Positions 13,980 to 25,845 of a stretch of 64,000 nt of DNA are shown here, piece by piece. The stretch is from NCBI GenBank assembly GCA_030704615.1, contig CM060732.1, positions 12,214,001 to 12,278,000 on the forward strand, in the 5' to 3' direction. The notes beneath the pieces are model-generated. The model was not told where the DNA came from and did not search any database. It was given only the letters and a program-made list of their open reading frames with translations. A program made the translations under genes and the position numbers. Position 1 is the first letter of the stretch, and each line of letters starts with the position of its first letter. The stretch comes from Takakia lepidozioides (lineage: Eukaryota > Plantae > Bryophyta).

Positions 13980-14481
13980 TGGATCCATTCATGTATATGT
14001 CTTCAAAATGACACGTGTACTAATAAAGTCATATAAATGCTTTTAAAATGTCACGTGTAGTGATGTAGTCATATATATAGAGTCATGAATCAATTTGCAG
14101 TCAGACAGTCATAAGTTTACATGTCATGTCATGATGTGGATGAACTCGTCCAATGGATGAATACATTCGTGTATTTGCCTTCAAAATGACACGTGTAGCG
14201 ATGTAGTCGTATAATTAGAGCTGTGAAACCATCTCCAGTCATGGAGTCATAATATTCCATGAAACGTCGTCCACGTGTAGTCAAACATATCACACTAGTC
14301 ATATAAATCATCCCTGTCATCATGGTCAACAATGTTTGACCAAAGCTCCCTAACTTTCCGGAGTAATGTAGTGATAAAACTATGACTGCAACGCATTTCA
14401 GCGCTATGTAGTCATCTACCTAGTGCAATTTTTATGACTCCGCCAAAGCCGTAGTACTAAAAACGCTTATCTTTTGTAGTG
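13980..14481. repeat. CACTA right subterminal repeat region
   Basis: Repeated GTAGTCAT/AGTCAT and aaaatgacacgtgta motifs, in inverse orientation to the left end. Confidence 0.8.
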
Positions 14482-15830
14482 TGCGACTAGCTCCGCCGAA
14501 CATGGCAGAGAGAGCTATATCCGAGTACCAATGCTTCTCTGATCGCCGCGACCCTTTTGAGGACATGCCGGATCTAAAAGAGCTCAATATGTTGTCACAT
14601 GAATGGTGGGATCTGATTGGAGCTGGAGTAAGAACATTGTCTCCCATTTCGAAGCGTATTCTTACCCAAGTGTGCTATGTCTCATCTTGCGAACGCAATT
14701 GGAGCTGTTACTCATTTGTTCACAACAAGATTCGCAACAGGTTGAATCCTGCGAGGGCTGACAAATTGGTGTATGTGTATACCAATTGCCGACTGCTACG
14801 TGAGAGAGCAGCGGATGATGCCGCAGCATGGTATGAGAGGAATTTGCATTCCGAAGACTCTGCTTCTGAGGTAGATTCGATGAGTGACGATACTGAGCCT
14901 CAGAGGGAATCATCTCAGAGGGAATCATGTGCCTCCGATAGTGAAGATGGATCCGATGATGCTCCCGAAAATGCGTATGACTCGTTTACGTTCACAGAGG
15001 ATGATGCTTATATCCAGCCGACCTTTGATGACCTTCTTGAAGAAGTACGTATCGCAGATGAAGGTGAAGCTGCAATTGTGTAATCCCCAAAACATGGTCC
15101 TCAAAATGAAGTTGGGGTCGACCCTCGCCCCCCACTACACGCTGAAGTCGCCGATAGTGCCCCAATGGAGCTTAGGGATGATGAACTTCCAGGACCGAGC
15201 GACGTACGCAGCCCTGTTCATACAAACGATGGTTTCGAACCCATTGTACAGTCGACGGGACGGGATCATGCCTCACCGATACGACCAGCTTCACCATAAT
15301 GCCAAAACCGATCCAGCTCCCCATCAACACAGCGGGCATTAAGGAGCAACATGGTTGATCTGTTTTCCACACGCACGCATCATTCTGCTGGATTGGACCG
15401 GGCGGAAGATGAAGCCTCGGATGATGACAACCTGCCACTACAATTCCACCTTAACCGACGTGTTGCGCAGCAGACCCATGGTTCCTCACATGCCAAACCA
15501 TCTAATGCCGGTCCATCTCGGGCAGACCCCCCTCCGGTACCTCCTTCGAGACCACCTTTGATTGCGTCCCAAGTCCATAAACGACAGAGAACAGTCCAAC
15601 CCTTTGTAGGCGATCGGCCCACAAACAGGCCAGATATCGTGGATGGTATTCAAGACCGGAGTGGAAGTCGACCTCAGATAGAACTAAATGTGGTTCGAGG
15701 TTGCTTGCAGATTCAAAGGCCTGGACATATGAGGTCGGATAGGGAGGACGATTCCATCACTGATCATGGCAATGGTGGTGAAGTCGAGGGTGACTCGGAT
15801 TTTCAGCCCATCAGACCATTAGGATTATGA
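14482..15830 (+). pseudogene. hAT transposase C-terminus (hATC dimerisation domain) with acidic, disordered tail
   Basis: WWDLIG...LSPISKRILTQVCYVSSCERNWSCYSFVHNKIRNRL...DKLVYVYTN is the typical hAT dimerisation signature. Confidence 0.9.
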
Positions 15831-16221
15831 ATTTCTTCGTCTCGTCGTCGAAGCAGTAGAAGGAATTGAAGCAAAACAGCTGTAGGCATGCATCAGCACA
15901 TTTTAGTGGACATGTTTACATTTCTGTAGTGAAGTAATACCAGTGTGATCATTGTCACTATGAGTATTTGTATTGCTGTTGTGTATGTGTTGGGAAATGA
16001 AAGATGTTGCCCATGTGTATACCAACCAAAATGTAGGCCAAAGGCACCGTCACTTGCTCATGTTTGTGTTCGGTGATCTGCTTGAGGAATGAAGAACAAT
16101 TGTGCCAATGCTTCCAACTCTGCATTCATTTTTATTTTAATGCATCGCTTCTACGAGGTGTGCCCTGCGCATAGAGGGAGGGGGGGGGCCATATAAGCTC
16201 AGACTCATTCTCCCCTCACTT

Positions 16222-16690
16222 CCATTACTGGCGGTCGCTTGAAGTTTTTTTTTTTTTGTAAATGCAGCGACCGCCATTACTGGCGGTCGCTTTTATTTTA
16301 TTTTATTTGGAAATGGAACGACCGCCATTAGTGGCGGTCGTTTGTTTTGGTTTTTTAAATGGAGCGACCGGAGGTGCCGGTCGCTTCTACGAGGTCTGCC
16401 CTGCACGTGGAGCGAGGAATGAGGTGGGGAGGGATATATTTTTTGTACATGCAGCGACCGCCATTACTGGCGGTCACTTTTTTGTTTTTTTGGAGGAAAA
16501 TGGAGTGACCGCCATTACGGGCGGTCGCCGCAATTGTTTTTTTTTTTGTAAATGCAGCGACCACCATTAGTGGCGGTCGCTTTTATTAAAATTTTGTTGG
16601 AAATGGAGCGACCGCCATTGTTGGCGGTCGTTTTTTTTTTTTTTTTTTTCGAAAAATAGAGCGACCGCCAAGTGGGCGGTCGCTTCTAGA
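16222..16690. repeat. Array of palindromes GCGACCGCCA-TTAC-TGGCGGTCGC separated by T-tracts, ~51-53 bp period
   Basis: Copies start at ~16267, 16318, 16364, 16454, 16505, 16557, 16608 and 16661. The array is bracketed by a duplicated 'ctcattctcccctcacttc'. Confidence 0.9.
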
Positions 16691-17054
16691 ATGTTTGCCT
16701 TGCGCGTGGCCAGAGGGATAGGGGGGGGGGGGGCATATAAGGCAAGGGAGGCTCATTCTCCCCTCACTTCATCTCCACACAACTTATGTGTGCGTGGCAT
16801 TTCATTATTCCACAACACGTAGTCACGTGGAGAATGAGACCATTGGTTGGATGGGGGGTATTTTTTGCCGCGATTTCTGTGAGGTCGTTGCAGAATGCTC
16901 CCATAGGCCCTCCTATGGCTTCCAGGATCATTTTATTCTACAAAATTAGCTTTTAGGAACTATTCTGATACCTACTCAAATTCGTTTAGGGTGAAGGGTT
17001 TAGAATTACGTCTTATTAGTAAACCTCGTTTAGTGTTGCTCCGATTGTTGCAGA

Positions 17055-18990
17055 ATGGCAGAGGGCCAGGACGATGAGCGTCATGGAAGAGATGACCCCA
17101 ATAAACATGGACCGCCCCCTAAGAAAATCAAAGGGTCAAAGCAAGAGTTGAATTGGGAAGTATATGGTGACCCTAGCATACTAGCAGAAGAGGGCTGGGA
17201 GGATGTTCCAGAAGAGTTCAGGTGGCCGATGGCGAGATGCAAAAAATTCGTGAAGTGGTACCACATCAATTGATTGTGGCCTTTAAATAGACATGACGTG
17301 CAAATTCGAAACAATTACGCAGAGTCCAGGTCTTGCACGAACTTGCATTTCCAGCGTAGGGCGAATGAGGTGCATTGCACATTATGGGGTTAACCTCTCT
17401 TAAAGGGCCAAATCTCGTACACCTTGGCAGCCATGTTGTACGTGGAAGTCATATTCTTGCGTCCAGTGAATTGACAAACTGCTAGTAGGAGGAATGCAAG
17501 GATGCTATACGATTTGGAGTACATCCCGGACCAGTGAATCAGGACCCTGCAGGACCGACTAGACTGGTAAACACTGCGCATAGCCGAGTTGGAAGCTAGA
17601 TTGCAAGACATGTCTCCAAACAATGAAGACATTGTTGTCCACAATGAGGATCGAACAAACGTCGTGGACATGGACGCGGAGTTTGCGATGCCCGATCGCA
17701 GTATTGACCTCATCATTCACGAAATTACGGACATCCTTGACCCTATGGCCGATGAAACCATGGTTGAGGACAAGATGAATCCGATATCAGATGTCGACCA
17801 CGTTACAAAGGAGCGGAACATTGTCATGGCAACTACATGGTGCTTGTCCAAAACATTGGATATTCGGGCATGGGTCCCATTGAATGGCGATTGGGAGAAT
17901 TGGGTACAATGGGTGACCCATTTGGCCTCCAGAGAACCACGGGTAGAGCGGGCACTGTTAGGCTTGCAATGTGTCGCATGCATGTCGAACCGTAGCGTGG
18001 ATAGCATTTATGCCAACATGCAAAGGTATAACGATCTCCGCATCACATCAAGCGTGTTCGCCGGGTATACCAACTGGGCAGATGTGGATTCTATGTTCGA
18101 TCGATGTGAGCACAGAATTTCGGGGTCGAACAGAAGCATAAACTGAGAATTGGAGATAGAAGAAGAGTGGGACACCACAACAAGGATGACCAGCCACATC
18201 AAACCGGCCCAGAGGGAGGAGATACCACGACGCGTTTTGTCGTCATAGATATCAGATGGCACAACTTGTTCGATGCGCAGGAATCCATACGGCCCAGAGG
18301 GATGTCATGTGCTTGGATCATGTGGACATATGTTCCATCTCACATGTCTTATCCCGCAAGCCTTGCGGATGAGCGCTTGCCCATAATGCCGTACACCCGT
18401 TTCTATGAGCTGGTGGGCTTGGAGGATCGGATGCCCATAGGTTTTGAATACAATCGACACAACCTCCTATTGGATGGGCTACCATTCACATTTCTGAATT
18501 GTGTGCATTGGGGCAAGAACTTGGTATGGGATGCAGACAGAGAGATGCATAGCATATATGTCGGAAACCCGACATACGTCAAAGATCCCCAGTATTTCTG
18601 ATTGGGAGATAACTGTACGTGCGGGAGGCATTCCCGATTGGTGGGAGAGAGAGCGCAGTTTTGCCGCAATCTGGGAGGGCATTGGAGTTAGAGAAGGTCC
18701 AGGTTTATCCGGCTCCCACAGGTTCCATGGGTGCCGGAGGAGAACGAATTGTATGACCGAGAACCGATTGGGAGACATTTGTTGCTGTCCAAATTGGAAG
18801 ATGCTATAATATGTCAACGTCGAATGAATGAGTCGTACGAGGCGGCTTATCGTCGAAACGACACAATGATTACGGACAGGGCCCGCGAGAGGCAGTTGGA
18901 AAATTTCAAAACTACCATCAAGGCAGTTGTAGAGCAATGGACACAGATCGTTATCATCGTGTTTCGGGGGCTCTATTGCCGAATATAGAT
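17055..18990 (+). pseudogene. Degenerate unknown accessory ORF of the surrounding transposon
   Basis: 17055-18146 stays in one frame through several stops that replace probable W/R/Q codons, then continues by frameshifts through 18167-18601 and 18731-18988. No recognised domain. Confidence 0.55.
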
Positions 18991-19279
18991 GGCCTCGTTG
19001 CCGAATTGCATACAGCTGGGGAAGAAGTGGTTCAGCCTGTAAACAAATTTACAATGGTGTCATATTTGGTCATGACGTGTATGTGGGTATCTGCAATGAA
19101 CTCCGAAAGCAGGAGAACAAGGAAAATTGATGTTAACCAAGAAGTTATAACGAGTTACGAACGGTCGTCTTCCAAACAAATTTTGCCTGGTCCCTGCGTA
19201 TTTCATAATCATTTCGCAAAATCTATGACCTCTCTATGTATAACAAACATACCCACAAAGTTCTCGAAGCACAAAATAA

Positions 19280-20313
19280 TTTCGATTGATCTCATATTAC
19301 ACTGGGACCTATCGGATGGTACATTGAACACACTCGCCAAGTCTGAAAGCGAACGAAAATCATTTGGATGGGCAACCATCCGTTGGCCCATTGAACAAAT
19401 TTCGATTGATCTCATATTACTCTGGGGCCTCTTACATGGTACATTGAACATACTGGCCAAGTCTCAAAGCGAACCAAAATCATTTCGATGGCCAACCATC
19501 TGTTGAGCCATTGAATGAATTTCGATTGATCTCATATTAGTCTGGGACCTGTGAGAGGGTGTCTCGAACGTACTGACAAAGTTTGGAAGCAAACAAAAAT
19601 GATTTGGATGGGCAACCATCCATTCACCCGTTGAATGTATTCCGTTGGATCTGCTATTACTTTGGGACCTGTTGGACTGCGTTTTGCGTGCTCCTGATTT
19701 TATTTTTTCCATTCCGTTTTTGAATATGGCGTGTAATGACTCTATATGCAACGTGCGTGCCAAATTTGGGAGCGAACAAAAGTCATTTGGACCCAAAACC
19801 ACTGCTTCTTCCCTGTTTTGCACTCCAAACTTGATTTGTGTTATGTTTCATGCATTCTTCATAGAGAGTTCTGCAATAGTGAGCGAAGAGAACACTTTTT
19901 TTTTGGGACATTTTTTATTGGTCCAAATTTTGGCGGGGAAGTAGCGGTGGGATGTTTGAAGCCGCAGAAAAAAATTGAGCCGATTTTACGTTCCAGAAAC
20001 CCCCAATGAAAGGCAGTGCAAAACTATTTATTGGCTTAAAATTAATTTAAATTCAATTAAATTCTGGAATGGCTTGAGGGGTGAGCGCGTCGATGGGGAG
20101 GCAAATGATTTATTCGTCTGTTGTGTCTCCGCACATGTGTCGCACACATGTTCAAGCACATGTGGGCAAAAGAGGGGCTTCTACCACATCCGTTCAAAGG
20201 GTGCAATAGCCGTGCACGCATTGCAGGATTTCTTTTTTGCAATGAACAAAAACCAGATGACAAGTGAACGCCTCATTGGCCCATCCAACGAATTTTGATT
20301 GATCTCATATTAC
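19280..20313. repeat. Higher-order repeat copy 1 (three ~120-bp subunits plus a ~650-bp unique part, ~1.01 kb period)
   Basis: 'ttcgattgatctcatatta' recurs at ~19281, 19401, 19521 and 20294. The block is near-identical to 36528-37670. Confidence 0.9.
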
Positions 20314-20603
20314 AATGACGGAGGGACAAATTTGGAATGGTAGAATGGCTGATAGTTGAGGGATGGACATATGTTTTGGATGCATGAACAATTTACGTGC
20401 GTATGTTTAAAGACTAGAAGTATTGTGGACCCACACAGATTGTATGAATGGACTTGCAAGTGAAGATGAAAAATTTTATGTCCAGGAAATGTCTTATGTA
20501 GACAATGTTGGGAAGGGAGGCACACACTTGACGCAAGAGAAGCAATCCCCTCACAGTTGATTCCATAGATATTCCTAAACAGGTGGAACCAGTCGGAAAA
20601 TGT

Positions 20604-23410
20604 CTATGCATTGGAACTGGTGCTAGCACCGGACTCCGACGCACTAATGTCCATAAAGATCCTAGCCCTGATGTCCACCTTTTCTACATGATCGAAGCAA
20701 ACTAGAGGGGGAGAGTCGTAGAGAGTAAACTCCGTAGCGGCAGCCTCCGCATAGCATGGCAACTCTAGGGGGGCAGGTGGGCTCGGGAAAAATTCCGGGA
20801 TAGCAAAGAAAGGGATACTTTTCTTCGTTTTTGGTGTCCTGCAAAGATTCCCAAAGTTGCAAGACCAGTAAGCAGAAAGACAGGACCGCGGAAAGGAAAT
20901 GTTTTCTCACAAAAAAGAAGGCATGAATAATGAAAAATCCGACATGGCATCCAAAACAAACTGGACTTACGTACACTCAAAGTCGGAGTCCACGTCGAGG
21001 TTTTCTTCTGGAACTTCCCGCTCGTCGAAAACTGTTTTTTTGTGGGGGGCCGATGTTGAGCCAGAGGTGAGTTGTTGAAGCTCGCATGAAAACAGCTCCG
21101 CATCCCCCTCCATGCCGAAGAAGTGTCTTCCGGCGCTCTTACAGGCATGGAATGTTGCACCTGCAAATGCACAGAACGAATGGTTAAAAAACCATGAATC
21201 ATTACAAAATTCAAGATCATAGTTACGGTAGAGCAGGAGACTTGGCATGGCTCACCTGTTCCCAAAGACAAGTCCACCACCCGCCCCCTATGCCGGTTGC
21301 AATCTCCACCAGAGTCTGCATGAATGCTGGAGATTTCTCCCAAGCACCTCTCCAAGGGACACCATTCGTCCTTTTCAAGGTCCGCCCGGAGTCCACGTAA
21401 TTGAACAGGACATTGTCCCCCACATGCTCACAGGTGGGGTCGATGTGTGCTGCAAGGTCTCTCGATTGGAACTCCGCAATACCAGGAGGGAGGGTGTCCT
21501 TTCGCAATCTCACCAAGCATAAAGCCTTGAACACCCGAGTCTGCATGCACCCCCCCCAAAAATTCAGTTTTCCAACATGCATAATAAACTCAACCGAATG
21601 AAATTAGCAGAAGAGGCAGTCCACAACCCTGAACTCACCCTCTGTCATGGGAACTCTCCCTTGGAAAGTGTAAGCGTGTTGGGTCCATGTTTTGATGACC
21701 TTAAATCCGGAAGCCTTCATGTAACTGAAAAGGGTTCTGCGCGCCAGCATGTCTTTTGCCTGCAAAAGAAGAAGAGCTCCTGCATCAGACAAAAATTTGT
21801 TGCTGAAAGAAAATACCCATTGCCAGAAAAGGGCATCTGACCTGTTCCACGATGGCGTTGTGTTGGATGGGAGAACATCCGACACAGGCAAACCATCTGG
21901 AATGTCCAGGACCACCAGGTCTGTTGCGTACGCTTGTTGGCTTCCATTCACCCATTCAGGCCTTTTGGTGACCTGTTCCACATAACAAAAACAGTAGACC
22001 AGTAGGAATATAACAGAATCTTCAACCAAGTGAAAAACATACCAGGCAGAGTTTTGTGTGGGCACCTTTGTGAGGAAAGAAACCAGGATGTCCCAAGTCC
22101 TCAATTTCTCTCCTTTGAATGTGGATTTTCTGGATTCCATCATTGCCAAGAAGCTCTCGTTAATCACCTCACTTTCATACTGACCCAAAACCCGAGAAGG
22201 GTGCTCTCTGGGCCTCGTAAGGCCGTTCTTTAGTTTTCGGAGTTCTCCTGTCCTTCCAAATTGGAGAGGGCTGACGCTCCGTGGTGTCCTGCACAGCTTG
22301 TTCCTGCCTAGCCACAATCTTCCCCTTCCCCTTCCCATCACCTGCGCCCTTCCCCTTGCGTTTGGGAGTGCTACTTTTCTCCGGCTCCTTGCCGCGAGGG
22401 ATTGAATTATTCTTTTCTGAATTTCCTTGTCACTGAGTGGTGCAAGAGCTGCTGCATTGTCATTGAAGTTCCGCATGACCACCTCCTCGAATGGTGTGTC
22501 ATGTTTAGGCAAGTCCAGGTACCAGCCACAGTCTCTGAAGTGCGCCCTGCCCCAGTCCTTCGCAATCCCCGCAGTGTACATTGTCTTGTCCTTAGTGGGG
22601 TCCACCCAAATGAAAATGAAATCCGGCTCATCACTGAGGTACTTGCCGGGAATGAGGACATGGTATATAGACCTGGAAAACACACCCAAAAGAACAATTT
22701 CATGAAGGCCACAGTTCATCAGACACAAAGCAAGCTTCCTCCATTGGCGCATCTGCTGTCCTCATCCGACGCCCTTCACCTGCCATGCCGCCTGCACCAA
22801 CCTCCTGAATGCATATTCTGGCGTACTCTCGCTGCAGGTCCTCCCATCCACCAACAAAAGGAGCAAGATTTTGTTTGCCCTCCCGTCCCAAGTTGGGCGA
22901 TCCAAACATGCGAAGCACCAGCTCCGACGTCTGCTGCCGACGACTCTCCGACTGCGCTTGATCACTAGCGGCTTTTGGAGTGACTGCTCGAGCAGTTGGA
23001 GCTGTCGATGATACCACCACCGTGTCGCGCTCGTCTTCACTCTGTCATCCCCAACAATCGTGAGAACCACCATCGCAATGAAAACCACCATTGCAACCAC
23101 CATCGCAACAATCGTGGAGTGGCATGGAACAACAATGAAAACAAACCCAAGCAATGCCTAACAATCACATGCAGAAGCAGCAGAAGGATGCCAAAACATA
23201 CAAAACAAAGCGAAAGAAGCAAGGGCTTGCCTGAGAGTGCTTGGCTTCAGTTGGCGCGGGCTGTGAGCAAGACAAGGGGATCTCTTGCTGGAGCTTCAGT
23301 TTGGCCATGCGAGACGTTGGACGCCGCCAGTAGTACAAAGGCTTCAGTTTGCGCCGCGGTCTAGATGTGGGGTTTCTTTCAGGAGAGCCACGCCCTTCTC
23401 CACGCGGCAT
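20604..23410 (-). pseudogene. Spliced gene encoding a beta-class amino (N4-cytosine/N6-adenine) DNA methyltransferase-like domain
   Basis: GT-AG exons 22672-22066, 21972-~21639, 21540-21256, 21160-20971 and 20838-20604. Motif IV-like DLVVLDIPDG (DIPDG at 21892-21906), then FLSDAGALLL, RGAWEKSPAFMQTLVEIAT, motif I VVDLSLGTG|AT and ACKSAGRHFFGMEGD. The order IV before X-I is that of the beta class. There are two apparent frameshifts, and the 5' exons (22750-23410) are uncertain. Confidence 0.75.
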
Positions 23411-23639
23411 AAGTCTGAGTAAAAGAAAAAAACTCCCGCAGAATGCGTGCGTACAGGCCTCGAATGGAACTTCATCCACCCGTCACATCAGGTGTCGAAG
23501 ACGTATCCGGGAAGCAAGCGCGGAATCCGTGTGGAACATCCGGTTCAAAACCGACGGCAGAGGACATTTAATGCGCAACTGCGCCCTTAAATGTCATAGG
23601 TATGGAGGTCGGCCACAGGCGCCACCTGGCCCACCCTCC

Positions 23640-24460
23640 CCCCGAGAACTCATCATTCGCCCGTTGGATGGAAAAAAACGGCGCCGAATTTCCATCCAGC
23701 GGATTACCTGCGCGGCCAGATGGAAAACCGGCACCGAATTCCCATCCTGCAGGTAAGTCGGTCCACCTCATGGATGGAAAACCGGCGCCAAATTTGTCTC
23801 CAGCGGACGACATTGGTGGGAATAACGTGCCAAAAAGTGGCCCGCAGGCAAAAAACTCTAAGTTTAGTGTCTGTTTAGACAAAAAAACGCGAAAAACTTG
23901 ATGCAACGACTGAAAATTGTTGATGAAGGGTCGATACGGGCGTCTGTGGATGGATATTCGGCGCCGTTTTTCCATCCTGCAGATGATCTCTGTCGACCTC
24001 TCCCCCAAGACGACTTCATCCGTGCGCCCTCGGATGGAAATTCGGCGCCGTTTTTCCATCCGGGGGATGATCTCTGTCGGCCACGTGTCGGCCTCTCCCC
24101 CCGAGACGACTTCATCCGGCCGGCCTCGGATGGAATTCGGCGCCGTTTTTCCATCCGGGGGATGTTCTCTGTCGGCCATGTGTCGGCCTTTCCCCCCGAG
24201 ACGACTTCATCCGGCCGGCCTCGGATGGAAATTCGGCGCCGTTTTTCCATCCGGGGGATGATCTCTGTCGGCCAGGTGTCGGCCTCTCCCCCCGAGACGA
24301 CTTCATCCGCCCGGCCTCTGATGGAAATTCGGCGCCGTTTTTCCATCCGGGGGATGATCTGTGTCGGCCAGGTGTCGGCCTCTCCCCCCGAGACGACTTC
24401 ATCCGAACGGCCTCGGATGGAAATTCGGCGCCGTTTTTCCATCCGGGGGATGTTCTCTGG
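23640..24460. repeat. GC-rich 96-bp tandem repeat with internal hairpin GGATGGAAA-TTCGGCGCCGTT-TTTCCATCC
   Basis: Units at ~24036, 24132, 24227, 24323 and 24419, plus diverged or inverted copies at 23665-23795. Confidence 0.92.
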
Positions 24461-24718
24461 CAGGCACGTGGGGCCGTCACCCTCCAATTGGACGTCATGT
24501 CCAAGTAAATTCTGCGCCTCATTAATCCTGGGTACGGTTATATTAAATGCTGCTCTTTTTCTTTGCCACTTGCCCGACCTTCGCTCGAGACCCACGCGTT
24601 TCAAACCAAGACAACAACAACACTTCCTTGCTCCGAGCTCCTCTCACTTCATCTCCCCCACACTCCCCCTTCCGTGCGCACCCTTGTTGCTTCCTGACAG
24701 TCCTTTCAATAGTCGGCG

Positions 24719-25263
24719 ATGGCCTGCCGGGATCCCAACAACTGCCCAAACAAGCATCTTACCCCGTGGGACTTCTTGCCCAAGTCAGGGGATATCTTCA
24801 TATACCTGCAGGATTGGATAGACCACTCTCAGCAGAGGAGGGTGCACCTGTCCGCTCTTGAGTATCTTCCTGGGACGGGCTTGCGCGGCTTTGGTGCCTG
24901 TGAATCGTTGATCTGCAGTATCCGCCTACATGGAACATCCCCAAAAGCCGCACGGCCTTCCTACATCATTGGAGGTGCTGCCAGTGGGCCTACAAGGATT
25001 GCATCGGGTGTACGTACATGCCAGAGAGGATTCCATCGCAAACAGTGCATGGGGAAATTCTCATAAGCTACGAGGATGAGTCCTATGGACACAGAGTCTC
25101 CACAACAAAGATCTCGATTTACGATGGTGCATATATCGGAGGACATGACACCGTTGTCCACTACACCAAAGGAGAACGGGCTGCATCCATTGTCTTCACC
25201 TACCGACACCCTGTCAGTCATGAGCTTGTTGAGAGGCCAATCAATGTTCCAGCTTCTTGGTGA
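24719..25263 (+). pseudogene. Small Cys/His-rich unknown ORF (~180 aa, one frameshift) upstream of the transposase
   Basis: MACRDPNNCPNKHLTPWDFLP... shifts at ~24925 into ...LHHWRCCQWAYKDCIGCTYMPERIP...PASW*. Confidence 0.4.
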
Positions 25264-25845
25264 GAATAGTGCAACACGGGAGGAAATTCCCAACTTACCT
25301 GAGCATGGATGCCATGCATACTTTTGGCTTTTCTTGGCTTGTGAGGGCATGCATACTTGTCACAGTTCATTATTAATAAAACTGTCTCCTTTGAACCAAA
25401 GTTCCACTTTTTGCGCAATGTTGCATTTTGTTGAATGTTGACTTTTGGCAGCGAGGGTTTGGTACTCAATCTTGCAATCAGACCCACTGGAATGCCACCT
25501 CTGTCAGTTCCCTCTGTCCATGGGGAAGGTGCTTGCACGCTCGCCCCCCCACGCTTCTTGTTAGACGCCGTAATTATAGGTTTGCGCAACGCATCTGCAC
25601 AGGTCATATACCTTCTGACTGCATACCGTTGGCAGTTATTGCGCAAAGGCCAGTGGCCGCATTCCAGAGACAAGATTCATTAACACTCTGACAGTGGATT
25701 TTTGGGAGAGTGGGCTCCCCGGATTTGTGGATAGGCTTCGTCGCTCGGAAAAATTGGCCATGCATTCCTTCCCCTCGCTGCCTCCCCCCTTCTCCCAGGG
25801 CGCTTGCCCGAACGCCGTCCTGGCAGTCTTGTGTGCACATCTCCC

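Larger units (their letters stand above)
41..14481. mobile_element. Complete CACTA (En/Spm) DNA transposon, ~14.4 kb
   Basis: Left TIR CACTACAACAGATGAACGTTTTTA (41-64). The right end reverse-complements to CACTACAAAAGATAAGCGTTTTTA (ends 14481). Flanking 3-mers are TGT/TGC, a 3-bp TSD with one transition. ATGACTA/TAGTCAT subterminal repeats occur at both ends, and TnpD- and TnpA-like genes are inside. Confidence 0.92.

Noticed and set aside
14366-14373. Alternative CACTA right end (TGTAGTG), also at 121-127
   Set aside because: No extended TIR match or TSD. The 14481 end restores the hAT frame.
23568-24821. Long overlapping ORFs (203-307 aa) on both strands
   Set aside because: Artefacts of a GC-rich 96-bp (multiple of 3) tandem repeat.
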